64,000 nucleotides of DNA, taken from NCBI GenBank assembly GCA_951406725.2, contig OX597840.1, positions 36,890,001 through 36,954,000 of the forward strand, in the 5' to 3' direction. This stretch comes from Octopus vulgaris (taxonomy: Eukaryota). Made by a program: the position numbers and the translations under genes. Of this stretch, positions 23,600 through 36,599 are shown piece after piece; the first letter of the stretch is position 1, and every line of letters starts with the position of its first letter. The notes under the pieces were generated by a model. The model had not been told where the DNA came from and ran no database searches. It saw only the letters and a list, made by a program, of their open reading frames with translations.

Positions 23600-24880
23600 T
23601 TGGGTTGGCAAGAAAGTAATCTCGGTTTTTTAAATGTGAAATAAAAGTCATTTTTTTCCATACAAAGAATGAACTTTAATCAATTATATATTTTCTATTT
23701 TGTTCGACGACCTTTTAGTATCGTTCTGCCAACTTTACGATTCCGCGCTCATTGAACTTCTGGTCCTTATCAGCCAAAAACAGAATCAACTGCGATTTCA
23801 GGCCATCTTCATTATTGGAAGTTTTACCATTCAAAGAATTTTGCAAACTTCGAAATAAATGGCCAGCTGATGGTGCAAGGTCAGGGCTATGTGACTTTGA
23901 TTACTTGCGAACTAAACTCCAATAATTTTTCACAAGTTAGCAAAGACGTGTTCTAGCGTTGTCCTGGTGGAACATGATTCATTTACGATTTGCCAATTCT
24001 CGCTGTTTTTCTTTGATTGCTTCTTTCAGTTTCATTAGTTGTTGACAGTAAACATCTGAATTGAATTTTTGGTTCCTTGGAAGCAGCTCAAAATACACAA
24101 CATCTTTGTAATCCTCTCAAATTGACAGCATGACATTTTGTTGATGCAATTCAGATTTCGATGTCGTTTGTGTTAGTTCATTACGCTTCGACCCTGATCG
24201 TCTTCGATTGTTGTTATAGCAGACAATGCATTTGTCATCACCAGTGATGATTCGTTTCAAAAAAGGTCGATTTCATTGCATTTGAGACGCATATCGCAAA
24301 TACTGATTCGTTGTGTTAATTGGATCTCATTCAATTTATGTGGAACTCAAAAATATTGAGCTTCATAACGATTCCAAGACATTTTAAGTGATTTTCAACT
24401 GTTGTGTGTGATACATTTAACCTCTGTGCAATCTCTCGCACAGTTATATGACAATCAGAATTAACCATGGCTTTGATTCCGTCATCATCAACTTCAATAG
24501 GTCGAGCAGAACGTTGGTCATCGTTGAGTGAAAAATCTCCAGAACGGAATTTTTTAAGCCATTTCTGACACGTGAGTTCTGTTAAGCAATCAACACCATA
24601 AACTTCACATAACTGTTTGTGAGCATCTGCAGCTTTCTTGCCTTTACGGGAAAAAAAAGGAAAATATGACGAAAATGTTCGTTTCTGCACTCCATGTTAA
24701 AATTGACACTGAACTAACAGCTGTAAACAAAATTACGCGCAAATTGCTTCTAAAGCAAACTAAATGTAACGGCTATCAAATGTGAAAAAGAAGAAAACTA
24801 TCATAACATTGACAAAAGTCATTCAAAAAAATTATAACTCTATTTGCAAAAAATTAAATTACTTTCTTGGAATGCCAACA
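23600..24880 (-). mobile_element. Full-length but decayed mariner (DD34D) transposon
   Basis: 1281 bp between TA dinucleotides (23598-99, 24881-82); imperfect TIRs share caagaaagtaat; ATG at 24695, stop at 23676-23678; motifs ITGDDKCI, FHQDNAR, HSPDLAPSAGHLFRSLQN; many frameshifts. Confidence 0.92.
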
Positions 24881-25482
24881 TAGCACAGACCCCAGAAAAA
24901 TAAACTGCTGAATCAACCTCAGAAAAATTTGAACTCGGAATTTCCGGCTAAGTACCACCACGGGTCATTTTCACAGCCACTCTAACAATTTGGCAACAGC
25001 GCCTCATTTCTGTATAGAAGTAATATTGATTGAATCAAGATTTATGGGGGAAAATAGAGAGACAATGGAATTTATCACATTCATATATATATGTACGAAT
25101 GTACCTACGTATGGATGGATGTGTTTGTGTGTGTGTCGGTGTCTAGACTATAGTTAAACAATTTATTTGAATTAAAAATACATAAAAATATCAATGTGTA
25201 TATTTATTATTTGGTTTACAACAACAACAACAGCAACAGCAACCACCAACGAGAACTAAAAATTACGCAAGGAAAATAAAACAATATTTTAGTACTTTCT
25301 TACTTTTGCTGGTTATACACATACATGCACACACACACACATATGTATACATACACACACAAAAACACACGTATTTATATGCTTATTCATATATGTATAT
25401 ACACATATATATTACAGAAATATAGCAACATGACATTATTAGCAGACACATGCTCATACACATATATGCGTATGGAAGTATA

Positions 25483-25537
<55 letters not shown>

Positions 25538-25580
25538 GCGTGTGTGTTTGTAATGTATGTATATATATATCCTTTTTTTC

Positions 25581-25849
25581 TACTATAGGCACCAGGCCCG
25601 AAAATTTTGGGGAGGATGCAAGTCGATCAAATCGACGCCCAGTACACAAATGGTACTTAATTTATCGACCGCGAAGGGACGAAAGGCAAAGTCGACCTCA
25701 GAACGCAAGATAGAGTTCAAATTCCGCCGAGGTCGACTTTGTCTTTCATCCCTTCGGGTTCTATAAATTCAGTACCAATGGAACACACTGGGTCGATCTA
25801 GTCGACTGGCCTCTCCCCCCCAAAATTTCGGGCTTTGTGCCTAGAGTAG
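25581..25849. mobile_element. Two SINE A bodies in inverted orientation (arms 25581-25699 and 25729-25849)
   Basis: Left arm is the reverse complement of the right arm from gaggtcgactttg to the gtgccta tail; spacer 29 nt. Confidence 0.85.
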
Positions 25850-26919
25850 ACAAGAATATATATACATATATTGCATATGAAATAAGTACAATATATAAAT
25901 GTGCAAGTGTGAGTTCGTATATGAAGCGAGAGACAAGACAACAGAGGGTAAAACGTCAGAGGGGGGGAATTGAAGGAAATCAGGTGGACGCTGATGAACA
26001 GATTAACGATCATTACGGTGCCTTCAGGAATTACCATCATGTCATGCTGGCATACTCAGGATACCACTCTTCTGCGTCTCTACCCCTGTTTTCCGTTTAT
26101 AACAACATTGTACATTCTCTTTTCAATGTGCAGTTGTTAGAAACACAAATTCATGTCCGCAGAATAAATAAATATATATTCAAGCGTCTAACCAGTATAT
26201 ATTATATAGGACCTCGGCAAATGTACCGTTTTTATTTCAGTATACGAATGCATTAAGTTTCAATGTATTTTCATATCTATTGAGCTTTCTCTTCAAACGT
26301 TTTACACAAACGAATATTTCGGTTATCCTCGCAAAATAGCAATTTCATGTTCTACGCACGCACACACATTCACAAAAACACGTACAAATACACACGTATA
26401 TATCTGTGTCGGGGGTGACTGGGGGACAGAGAGACAAATAGAGAGTAAACCAGAAGGCCAGGAGGGTGTAAGACATGGAAAGAGATGGGAGGGGTTGGCA
26501 GAAAAGATTTAGAATCGTTAAACAAAATATATTGTCTTTATTCCTCTTCCGTTGTATTTAATGTGTCTATTTCTTTGTGTTTCGGTGGAAAAAATTACTA
26601 TGTTGGGAATTTATTCTAGGACAACTAATTACAGTTCAATGGATGAACTGTAATTTCCTTCATACACATATATACATATATATCTGTCTGTCTAACTGTC
26701 TGTCTGTCTAGTTCACTTTACGTGCACACACGTATATATGTGGAGCGCGACTGTAGATATGTATTTACACTCAAAAACCCACACACATACACACACACAT
26801 ATCTATCTATGTATCTATGTATCTATCTATCTATATATATATGTATGTGTGTGTGTGTAGGTAGAGAGAAAGAGTGATGGGGAGCTAGAAAGACAGGTAT
26901 ATTTACTGCATATGTGGAG

Positions 26920-27190
26920 AATTCTGTCTGTGAGGTGTGTTTTTGGAGTTGTTAGCTAACTCCTTCTACATTGTTTTATCGATTTTGATGAAACCTGACA
27001 CGTGAGTAAAACTCATGTCTGGAAACCTCATGGTTTCCTGATTGCCGAAAAAATTGATAAAGGGTCCCGTGGAAGGGATCCTTATATATATCTAATATAT
27101 TTAATTATAAAAACCAAAGGGAATAACCTATTCTCCCTTGGAAGAGATCCTTATATATAGCCAATTGAAATAACCTATTCGTTTTCCTAA
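26920..27190. mobile_element. Possible Helentron-associated (HINE/DINE-like) non-autonomous repeat
   Basis: tctgtctgt..aactcc..cgattttgatgaaacctgacac motif order recalls such elements; internal direct repeats gatccttatatata and aataacctattc; no second copy in the window. Confidence 0.3.
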
Positions 27191-27394
27191 ATTATTTGGT
27201 TAAAAGGAAATTGCGTGTGCTTATTTCTTAGTATTTGAACTGTTAGAGTTATTTTCGCAATTTATCCAGAACATCAAATAAACAAGTAAATAATATTTTC
27301 CTAAACAACAGATCCACTTATTTCGGTTAGTGACTTATTTACAGCTATTGTTGTTGTCGTTGTTCTTATTATTGTCCTTGTTTTTAAAGTGAAG

Positions 27395-27640
27395 ACCTGT
27401 GGCCTAATGGCTAGAGTGTTACACTCACGGTGGCAGGATCGGAGTTTCAATTCTCGGACTGGTCGTCGTGTTGTGTTCTTGAGCAAGAGACTTCATTTTC
27501 ACTTTGCTCCTGTTGGCTCAACTATAAACGAATAACACTATGACGGGTTGACATCACATTGAAGGGGAACGTTGTGATCTTGGTCCCTTACACGACATGG
27601 AAATCAGGTAACAGGCCCTATGAGTTCTGGGACCCGAGGG
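27395..27640 (+). mobile_element. tRNA-derived CORE-like SINE, diverged
   Basis: A-box tggcctaatggctag, B-box-like gtttcaattc, then gtgttgtgttcttgagcaagagacttcatttt. Confidence 0.65.
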
Positions 27641-28039
27641 TGTAATATCCAGCGGTTGATGATTATGACCTGCCTCTGGCTTGAAAAGACGGCAGGCCTT
27701 GGACTAAGACAACATTGCCTATTATTTCTAGCAAGTCTCACACCCAAGCCGTACCTATTGGCTTCGTAGGTTGTATCTTTTAATCTAGTGAAGCAACGAA
27801 GAAGCCACATATCTCTGAAGAGTCAATTAGCATATTTTGAAACAAATAACATGTTTAAAAGAAACATTTGTACTGCATCATTCGAGTTGATTAATTTTAA
27901 TTAAAACCTATTTTGGTGGATTAAAAAAAAAGAAACTATTAATAGCCTCTTTAACTACGATTGTAAATGCAAGTGTGTATAAAACGGAAATCCGAAGAAA
28001 TATTCGTAAACAATTTCATTTTCGTTCTTCATTTTATTA

Positions 28040-28425
28040 GTTTTTACTTGTTTCAAGCATTGGTCTGCGGCCATGCTACAGTACAGCCTTGAACGATTTT
28101 ATCGAACAGATCAACTTCAGTACTTTATTTATTTATTTATTTAAATATTTATTTTTGAAGTCTGGTAATTGTATGAGTTTCTTTTGCGAAACCGCTTAAA
28201 CCAGTCAATACCAGTTGTGAAGCGATGGTGAGGACGAACACAAACGCAAAAATACACATATCCATATTTAGATATACACGATGGGCTTCCACACAGTTTT
28301 CTTCAACCGTGCATTAGCCAGTTTGGTGCTATAGAACACTCTTGCCCACGGTACCGGTCACAGAGACTGAACCCAAACCTTGTGGTTGCAAAGCGACCAT
28401 CTTAACCAAAGAGCCAAGCCTGCGA
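28040..28425 (-). mobile_element. Diverged SINE family B copy
   Basis: ttttacttgtttca..ctgcggccatgct tail and actgaaccc head elements in reverse order. Confidence 0.75.
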
Positions 28426-29202
28426 CTACAAGACTAACAGACGTTACGGCACGGAAGGGTTGGAGATATTTTTCCGAAATTCTTCCACATTAATTTACTT
28501 AAGTTTAAATTTACGAAAAAATATCTTTACCAACGTAAATTCTTAGCGAAATGCAGCCTTGTAAGGGGACAGGGAATTTCAATGCGGCCTTCCAACAAGG
28601 ATCTACATCTATACTCTTCTACTTGCTTCATGGTAGATGTGAGTGAAGGAGCCGGGAATCACAGAATTTTTTTTAGTGACTATCTCATAATTTACTCTTC
28701 TTTCGGGGAAAAAGAAGCGAAATATAAAACTAAATAAATAAATAAATACATAAATAAAGATAATTTCGCAGACACTGAAACAATGAAGTAATCTACCGGG
28801 GCGTCGTTGAAGTAATTAGAATCTATGGCTAATCAATCAATCTGCCAACAGGACATATACTCAACCATTATACACTACTCAAGATATATACTGTACACTA
28901 ATTCAACATACATACGTACGTCGTACATACACACACACATATTCAAATACTAGACATGGCATTGGTGTATAGGAATATACCATGTTATCTGAAATCAATA
29001 TTTTTAATTGCTTAATAAAGTTTTATACAATCTCATACTAATTTTAAAGTTTAGCGAAAGTAAGCACTTGCTCAGCTGAGGAAAACTAATAAGCCTGAAA
29101 CATTTCCAGAATTTTTCTCTCTTGGGTGGGTCATTGTGCTAATACCACCAACAAACCACCACTACTACTACTACGACGACGACGACGACGATGACGATGA
29201 CG

Positions 29203-29320
29203 ACGAAGGTTCTATGCACTTGAAAGACTGCTGAAAACTTATGGATACCTAAAGTTACAGGTAATAACCCGCTATCCACATAAATCCTGCCAGGAATAAG
29301 ACCAAACCTGAGAAAATCCA
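29203..29320 (+). mobile_element. Probable short 3' end of a Dong/R4-like element
   Basis: Reads KVLCT-stop (compare RKILSM-stop at 45245-45265), then ~100-nt UTR ending in (AAT)n. Confidence 0.4.
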
Positions 29321-29348
29321 TAATAATAATAATAATAATAATAATAAT

Positions 29349-30122
29349 GTATTAAGATGGAGTTTGGGCTCTCAAAATGTGCTACGATGGTGATGAGACG
29401 AGGAAAGCTTGTCAGGAGAGAAGGCATAGGTTTGCCAAGTGGTGAAATGATGAAGGCAATACAAACTCAATCCAGCTATAAATACCTGGGAATATTTGAG
29501 GCAGATGGAATCAAACACCATGACACGAAAGAAAAGACAAACAGAGAGTACCTGTGGCGAGTGAGAAAAATACTGGTTTCATGGCTGAATGCCAGGAACA
29601 TTATTTCGGCAACAAACTCGCGCGCATTCGCAGTAGTTCGGTATAGAGCTGGAATCCTGAAGTGGACAGAGGAGGAGCTAAATGAGATGGACACAAAGTC
29701 AAGAAAGCTCCAAACGGTGCATGGGGCCCATCGTCCATATGTAGACACTGATAGCCTATACATGAAGAGAGCAACTGGAAGAAGAGGACTGATAGGTATG
29801 GAAGACTGTGTACGTATCGAACACAAGAGTTTAATGACATACGTAGCCCAAACTAAGGAAACCTTGCTAATGACAGTTAGGAACGAAGGAATATTGAAAG
29901 CAGAAAAAAATGAAGTACAAAAAGGATACGAAGAAGAACTACGCAACAAAGGACTACACAATCAAGTCCCATGTAACCACAACAGATGTTGCTGGAAAAA
30001 AAAAGGTGGGATTGGCTGAAGAAAGGAACCTTAGAAAAAGAAACCGAGAGCACTATTCTGGCAGCGCAAGACCAAGCTTTGGCCACGAACTGGAGGGTCA
30101 ACGTTTGGAATGAGCAAGTGTC
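29349..30122 (+). mobile_element. R4/Dong-clade non-LTR retrotransposon fragment (RT C-terminus, thumb and linker)
   Basis: MEFGLSKCA, YKYLGI, DSLYMKRATGRRGL and, after a frameshift, WLKKGTLEKETESTILAAQDQALAT are characteristic R4/Dong/Rex6-type motifs; begins immediately after (AAT)n. Confidence 0.88.
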
Positions 30123-30559
30123 TTTTCTTGCCTTTAAAAATCGACACGAACTTTCCGGATAACCCAACATTTTACTGTCAGGAGAAATAAAGACTAAATT
30201 ATGATCATTTATTTCTTAAGGCCTCCGTAGTGAGTTACCCTTAAAGTGGAGATTTTATCTGAATGCTTATAACAATGAGGGTGTTACACGAATGAACAGG
30301 TTGTTTGCCAGCCAAGAATTCAGTATTTAAAGAGTCGCAACAAATATTGTAAAGAATTTGCTCTTAATTGCGAAGTGTTGCCTCAGTCCATCGCCCTTGC
30401 TCGATAATTTAGTGTCTTCACCCTCAAAATAGAAAGCTGAATCCAGCAGAATTTGAACCAAGAACGCAAAGAGACGGAGTAAGTTTTGCATTGCATTATT
30501 ATCTACGCTTTAATGATTTCAGTCAATAGAATGAAAAAAATGTGGAGTGAACTGTTGTC

Positions 30560-30855
30560 AGACGTTGCCATGGAGTAGTAAACCTATAATTTGAAAAATG
30601 TGTACCCACCATTGTGATACCGTTGTATCGACCGTTACCATGGAGATGAGGGTCTTAACAAATCGCCATGAAGTTGAGGCAAGTGTTGCCATGGAGTCGT
30701 GATGTTCAGCACTACCACCACGTGGTATAAAAACATATTACCACGAAGGAGTTGTGTCAACCATTTTTCTATTTATTTTAATTCCATGAAGATGAAATCT
30801 CGGTTTTCCATGATGATAAAATCTCGACTATTTCCACGAAGCTGAAGATCAACCA
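30560..30855. repeat. Degenerate 20-30-bp minisatellite built on ttgccatggag
   Basis: Recurring gttgccatggag, ttaccatggag, ttccatgaag and ttccacgaag cores. Confidence 0.6.
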
Positions 30856-32059
30856 GCTTCGAAATATCGACAAAAATATCAGAAAGAAAAAAAACAGAAA
30901 CCAAAGAAACAATAACAAAACACTGTCGATATTATAGAAAGCTTGCTTTTCTCTCAGGCATAGATAATACGATTATATTGACATTAGCTGTGTATTAAAT
31001 ACCTGCATATCGGCCTCAGATATTTGCTTTAAAAAATCCGAAAGCTTAAATATAACTCCAATAATGAAGAGTATGTTTGTTTCTGGATCAATGTAACTTT
31101 GAACCATTCTATTATTATCATTATTATTATTATGATTATTATTATTATCATTATTATCGTCTTTATTATTAAGAGCTTAAATGATATTTGGAAAGATTTT
31201 GATACCATTTAAAAGTTTCCCCAAATGCAAAGCTATTTACGAGGTCAGATCAATGACACACGAGGCTTTACTAAATTATATACTGTACATATGCTTACTC
31301 AAGGGCCCGATCCCCCTGAGCTCCACGTGGGAGAACCATTTATTTCCAGTATAATATCGGGATTACCAATTCCTTGTCGGGCACACAATTGTGTGTGTGA
31401 GTCTCTTGAAACACTTCCGCAGGTGGAGACTAGCTCGGTCACGATGTCCTACTCAGGTAAAGCGTACCAATAGACAATACTTAAGGGTTTTCAACATTGT
31501 AATGGATTCAGAAGTGCTTGCAAAACCTTTCAGTCCGGGTAAAGCATCATCGAAGTTTATTCCATCCATCCATCCATCCGTCTATCAATCAATCTATCCA
31601 TCTCTGTCTATCTATCAATCTATCTATCTATCTATTCATCCATCTATCTATCTATCCGTCTGTCTGTTTGTCTAGCTAGTTAGCTAGTTACCTATAGGGT
31701 AAGGTGTGTGTAAATCATTTTGAAGAGTAGTCCTTTTCTAAAAATTCAAACTTTGTCGAAAACAGAAATCGATTAAGTAACAGAACAATATTGATATTAG
31801 GACAAATGGCAGTGCTGTAGAATGGGCGGTGCTGTCTAGTGGCTGAGACAAGTAAAAGAAGGAGGGGAAAGAGACAAGTCTACAGATGAGCGTACATAGA
31901 GTATCGTTTAGTGGCCATTAAAACAAAGGTATATGTTACCTTTTACGTTTTCGTCTTTCGATAGAAGGTCAATCGGTCACTTGGAGGCCACCTCCTCGGC
32001 TGGTAAAAATAAATGATTTGTATACAGAATTTCGAATGTCAATGAGAGAGCTAAATGGT

Positions 32060-32370
32060 GCCCCATCGGTTACAGCAATGGCGGTTCCAGTTGATCCGAT
32101 CAATCGAACAGCCTGCACGTGGAATTAACGTGCAAGCGTCTGAGCACTCCACTGACTCACGTACCCATAACATAGTCCTCAGGAAGATTCAACAAGACAC
32201 AAAATATGAGAAGGCCGGCCTTTTGAAATAAAGGTACTTTCCATTATTTCCAGCTTGGACCAACGTGAAATAAAGTGTCGTGCTCAAGGACAAAACGTAC
32301 CGCCGGGAAATGAACACAGCGTCTTATAATCGTGAGCCGAATCCCCTAACGGTTAAGTCACGCACGTTCA
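32060..32370 (-). mobile_element. SINE family E (tRNA head, CORE-like segment, body with cttgcacgttaat)
   Basis: Minus strand: decayed A/B boxes, tgtccttgagcacgacactttatttcac, then gagtgctcagacgcttgcacgttaattccacg..gttcgattgatcggatcaactggaacc. Confidence 0.65.
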
Positions 32371-32740
32371 CGAGAGAACTATTGTATCGTTGAATAACTG
32401 TATTTGATTTAGTCGACTTCATGAATGAAGAAACTATACAAAATACTTCGGATATGAATGAAAAGAATAAAATAAGCAAATAAAAAAGCCACGTAGGAGC
32501 TAATCATATTATGAACGTATGAAATGAATGATTAAAACCGGACAAAATGCTAACAATAACGTAATAGGCATGAATGCCCTCCATGTTGTAATAATGTGCA
32601 ATCGTTTATAATATTTTGATTTGGGATTTAAGTGATTTAGAAAAGGGAATCAGAAAACTAATTAAAATAATTGATATCATTTGGAGTGAACCAACCTGAA
32701 GCGGACAAATAATACACACACACAAACGCGCACACACACG

Positions 32741-32798
<58 letters not shown>

Positions 32799-33599
32799 CG
32801 TGTGTGTGTGTGTATCTAAGTATGTATGTATATACATACATGTGTCTGTGTGCGTTTGTACACAGAACTTTCTGACACTGATTAGGAAACGATTACCGTC
32901 GATTTGAACAACCTCAATCGCAACTGGTCAGAGCTGCAAAGAATTTGAACTGTGAAAATGAAACGAAATAATTAAATGCTTCAAGGAATATTGCCAGGAG
33001 AGATTTTCTAGGATTAATGATTTCTTACATAATTACACGGTTTTTGATCAGACTGACCTCGATAACTGACAGGAAATTATTGTCATAATCGGCTCCAGAA
33101 ACAATGTCAAAGCAAAACCTGTCTTACTGGTATTCGCATGTGGAATTTTAAGGTTGACATTACGGAATTATTTCCATCATTCTACCGATTCTGCCTGTCT
33201 GGCGCTGATCAGATTTGAACTCAGAACGTAGTGGGATACAAAGAAATGACGGGTGGTATGTAATGCAACGATCGGCATTTCAATCTCTTATGTGGAAAAG
33301 TAGAATTGTTAAAATATCGAAGAGAGTCTTGGAGATACTGGATTAAAGGATCCTTAGAGCGTCGGAAATATACTTTGCAGTATTTATTCCGATAAATATA
33401 ATGCAGCGATTGCACTAATCTGAATTCAAATCACGCCGAGATCAAATCTGTGTTTCGTTCTTCACCGAGGACAGATAAAATAAAATTCTGTTCGAAAACT
33501 GAACTTGATTAAATCGACTTCTATTTAATTTATAGACTGGTGCCTGAGGAAGTACCCTTATTTGAAGCAAAATTAAGCCACTTAATAATCTTTCCATCT

Positions 33600-33945
33600 C
33601 CACACACTTTTCCTGAGAAGGACGTGGAATTAAGAGTCCTTGGGTACCTCTAAAGGGTCACCCAGAGCCAACAGTTATTATACTGTCCAGCTGGATTCTT
33701 AAGTATAACCAACCGAGGTCATGTATATTATCCAACCATCTCATTCTTGGTCTAGCCGTAGGTTTCCTACAAGAAATTATTCCAAGACAGAAGAACCCGT
33801 GATGTGATTTTTTTTTTCTGCGACATTCTAATCCCATGTCCGCGGTGACTCCCTGATCTCCAAGCTCCGACCCTTTCGATTAATGTTACTCCACAGATCC
33901 TTCTAATGACTTCCACTTCAGCCACTGGTGTTTGCGATCAAAGTA
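33600..33945 (-). mobile_element. RTE-clade (Expander/Rex3-like) LINE 3' fragment
   Basis: Minus strand reads AEVEVIRRICGVTLIERV, GHGIRM and RKPTARPRMRWLDNIHDLGW, matching RTE C-terminal motifs. Confidence 0.7.
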
Positions 33946-34390
33946 TTTCGCTTATTACTCAACTAATTATTAATTTGAAATTTTTAATATGATAAATAAT
34001 CAATTAAATTGTTTACAACATTGATTCTCATCTCCATCTTAACATTTACAACTAAACTATACATTTAAAATAACACAAACATAATTCTATATAGCACATA
34101 CACACAGACACACGCACAGATTCCTAATACATTCATATAGACAGTAACACCGCACACATGCAGACATCATTTAACCATCCTATAGAGTGACCTTTGTGTA
34201 ATGATTGCTGATGGACAGATAACTTCCTAATGAATGGCAAATTAATTAGATAAGCAGGTATTTATTATCAACATGTGAAGCATTCAGACAACAAACCCGT
34301 TTCCGATGGCTATCGTATATGTTTTCTCTTAAGTTTCTAAAATTAATAACAACAACAATAATAATAATAATAATAATGATAATAATAATA

Positions 34391-34870
34391 AATGCCCTGA
34401 TGCAGTACCAGACAGTGGCTCTCTACGGCTTCTGATCTTAACTGATTGGAAGTGTTATCATGTACATTGTTTTGTCTTGGTATAAAAGATGGGCTACAGC
34501 AAATATTCTGCTCAATACCACAGACTTGCTTGTCAGTTGTTTGACCGTAACCAGGTGAGCATGTCCCTTGGTGGCTGACGATATGTGCATCTCTGATCAC
34601 GAGCAGAAGTAGTGGAGGAGCATCATAGCCATGTGTTGAGAGGGATTCTTTGGGGTTTGGATAATTCGCCTCTGGAAACATGTCTTGTTCGTTCAACATC
34701 CTTAAACAACTCTTATTCAGAGACCATTTGAGCGGGATGCGATACTCAACATGAGGGAAATTCTAACAGGGCCCCACCTGCAAGGTCATGCGCTGTTTGT
34801 CTTGAAATGAGATCACCATGTCTCGTACATATGATGCATGTGGCTTGTGTACTCTTATCAGACGGGTAGT
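34391..34870. mobile_element. Family C element, right end lost
   Basis: Same left boundary (aat)n-aatgccctgatgcagtacca as the 5873 copy; colinear to tcagacgggtagt. Confidence 0.9.
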
Positions 34871-34879
34871 TTAAGTAGT

Positions 34880-35645
34880 TAGAAAGGGCCGTAGAAAATC
34901 CAACCCAGAAATCGATGCTTTTGGTTCAAATATTACCGAGTTCGATTTCGTCTTGCATCATTTTGGAGTCGAATTGTATCAGTCAAATGCTGGGACTGGT
35001 ATAGTAGCCTATACCCCATCACCCCAAAATTGCTGGTCTTGTGTCAAAAGAATTATTATTATTTGTTGTTATTATTATTATTATAAGGCTGCGAACTGGC
35101 AGAATCGTTTGCACACCGCGCAAAATGCTTAGCGGCATTTCGTCCGTCTTTACATTCTGAGTTAAAATTCCGCCGAGGTCGACTTTTCCTTTCCTCCCTT
35201 CGAGGTCGATAAAGTAAGTACCTAGAGCAGAAGGGAATATTATTATTATAAGGCCGCGAGCTAGCAGAATCGTTAGCACGCCGCAAAAAATGCTTAGTTG
35301 CATTTTGTTAGAACACTCTGAGTTCAAATTCCGCCGGGTTCGACATTGTCTTTTATCCTTTCGGGGTCGATAAAACAAGTACCAACTGTGGTCGATGTAA
35401 TAAACTTAACCCTCCCTCGATATTGATGATCGTGTGTTAAAATTTGAAACTTTCATTACAAGGCGGCAAATCGACAGGATTTCCTCCAGTTCTCTATCTT
35501 ATGATTTCAAATCTCACGAAAGCCAACTCTGTTTTTTTGGGGCCTATCAGGGACGATAAAATCAAAATATCAGTCAGCTACTGGTTTCGATCTCCTCAAC
35601 AATCCCCATGACCTCAACATTACTGACCTTGTGTTAAAATCAGAT
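34880..35645 (+). mobile_element. Cluster of about four head-to-tail SINE A copies of differing age
   Basis: Heads at ~35089, ~35250 and ~35461 plus a decayed body at 34880-35055; (ATT)n tails between the first copies. Confidence 0.75.
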
Positions 35646-35656
35646 ACCACCAGCAA

Positions 35657-35704
<48 letters not shown>

Positions 35705-36341
35705 AGCTTGATTTAGTTGAGGGATGGTGGTGACGTTCGTGCTGATGGCCTTCACAGTTGTTACGCCACGAATCTTAATCTCCGTCCTTGAAAGTTCCAG
35801 AAGATATCTTTCTCGGGCAAACATTCAGCATAACTGGATACCAAGATTTTTTCTATTCGTTCATGCGACTCGCCGAGGTTACTGAGATAAATAAATGTAT
35901 AAAATTACGTTTTAAATCTAAGCAAAAACCGATTTTTTGATGTTCCTGATAAACGATCTTGATTAAATATCCGAACAACATTTCTCAGAATCTCTCAACC
36001 CTCCCCCCTGATTATTATAGCAATATGAGAACATATGACTTTCTCACTCTTTCGCCAATTGTTTCTATCAATATTACAAAATTACAATACAAATGGTTGA
36101 CAGCAAACATCCTTTGGCGAGTGAAAGTGTCAGGGAGATATCTAAAAACACAACACATCACAGGTACTCCGGTCGTTACAGTTACAATTGTTACAAACTG
36201 GTTTCTACTTGTCTTCACACACACACACACACGGACGGACGGACGGAAGCGCAAATTCAACTTTTCAGTATCGAATTGTTATCGAGCATAATTTCTTTTT
36301 ACGGAAGGAATAGAAATCTTCCTCTTTGGAACGTCCCATTC

Positions 36342-36574
36342 AAGGCGGCGGGATGGCAGAAACGTTAGCACGCCGGGCGAAACGCTTAGCGGTATTTTGT
36401 CTGCCGTTACGTTCTGAGTTCAAATTCCACCGAGGTCGACTTTGCCTTTCATCCTTTTGGGATCGATTAAATAAGTACCAGTTACGCACTGGGGTCGATA
36501 TAATCGACTTAATCCGTTTGCCTGTCCTTGTTTGTCCCCTCTGTGTGTAGCCCCTTCTGAGCAGTAAAGAAATA
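36342..36574 (+). mobile_element. SINE family A, young full-length copy
   Basis: Complete head, body and young tail; 16-bp near-direct repeat at 36312-36327 and 36575-36590. Confidence 0.92.
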
Positions 36575-36599
36575 AGAAATCTTTCTCTTTCTTCAGCAT

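Noticed and set aside
24331-24690. 119-aa ORF as a SETMAR-like host gene
   Set aside because: Part of a frameshifted mariner with TIRs; no SET domain; third catalytic aspartate changed to alanine
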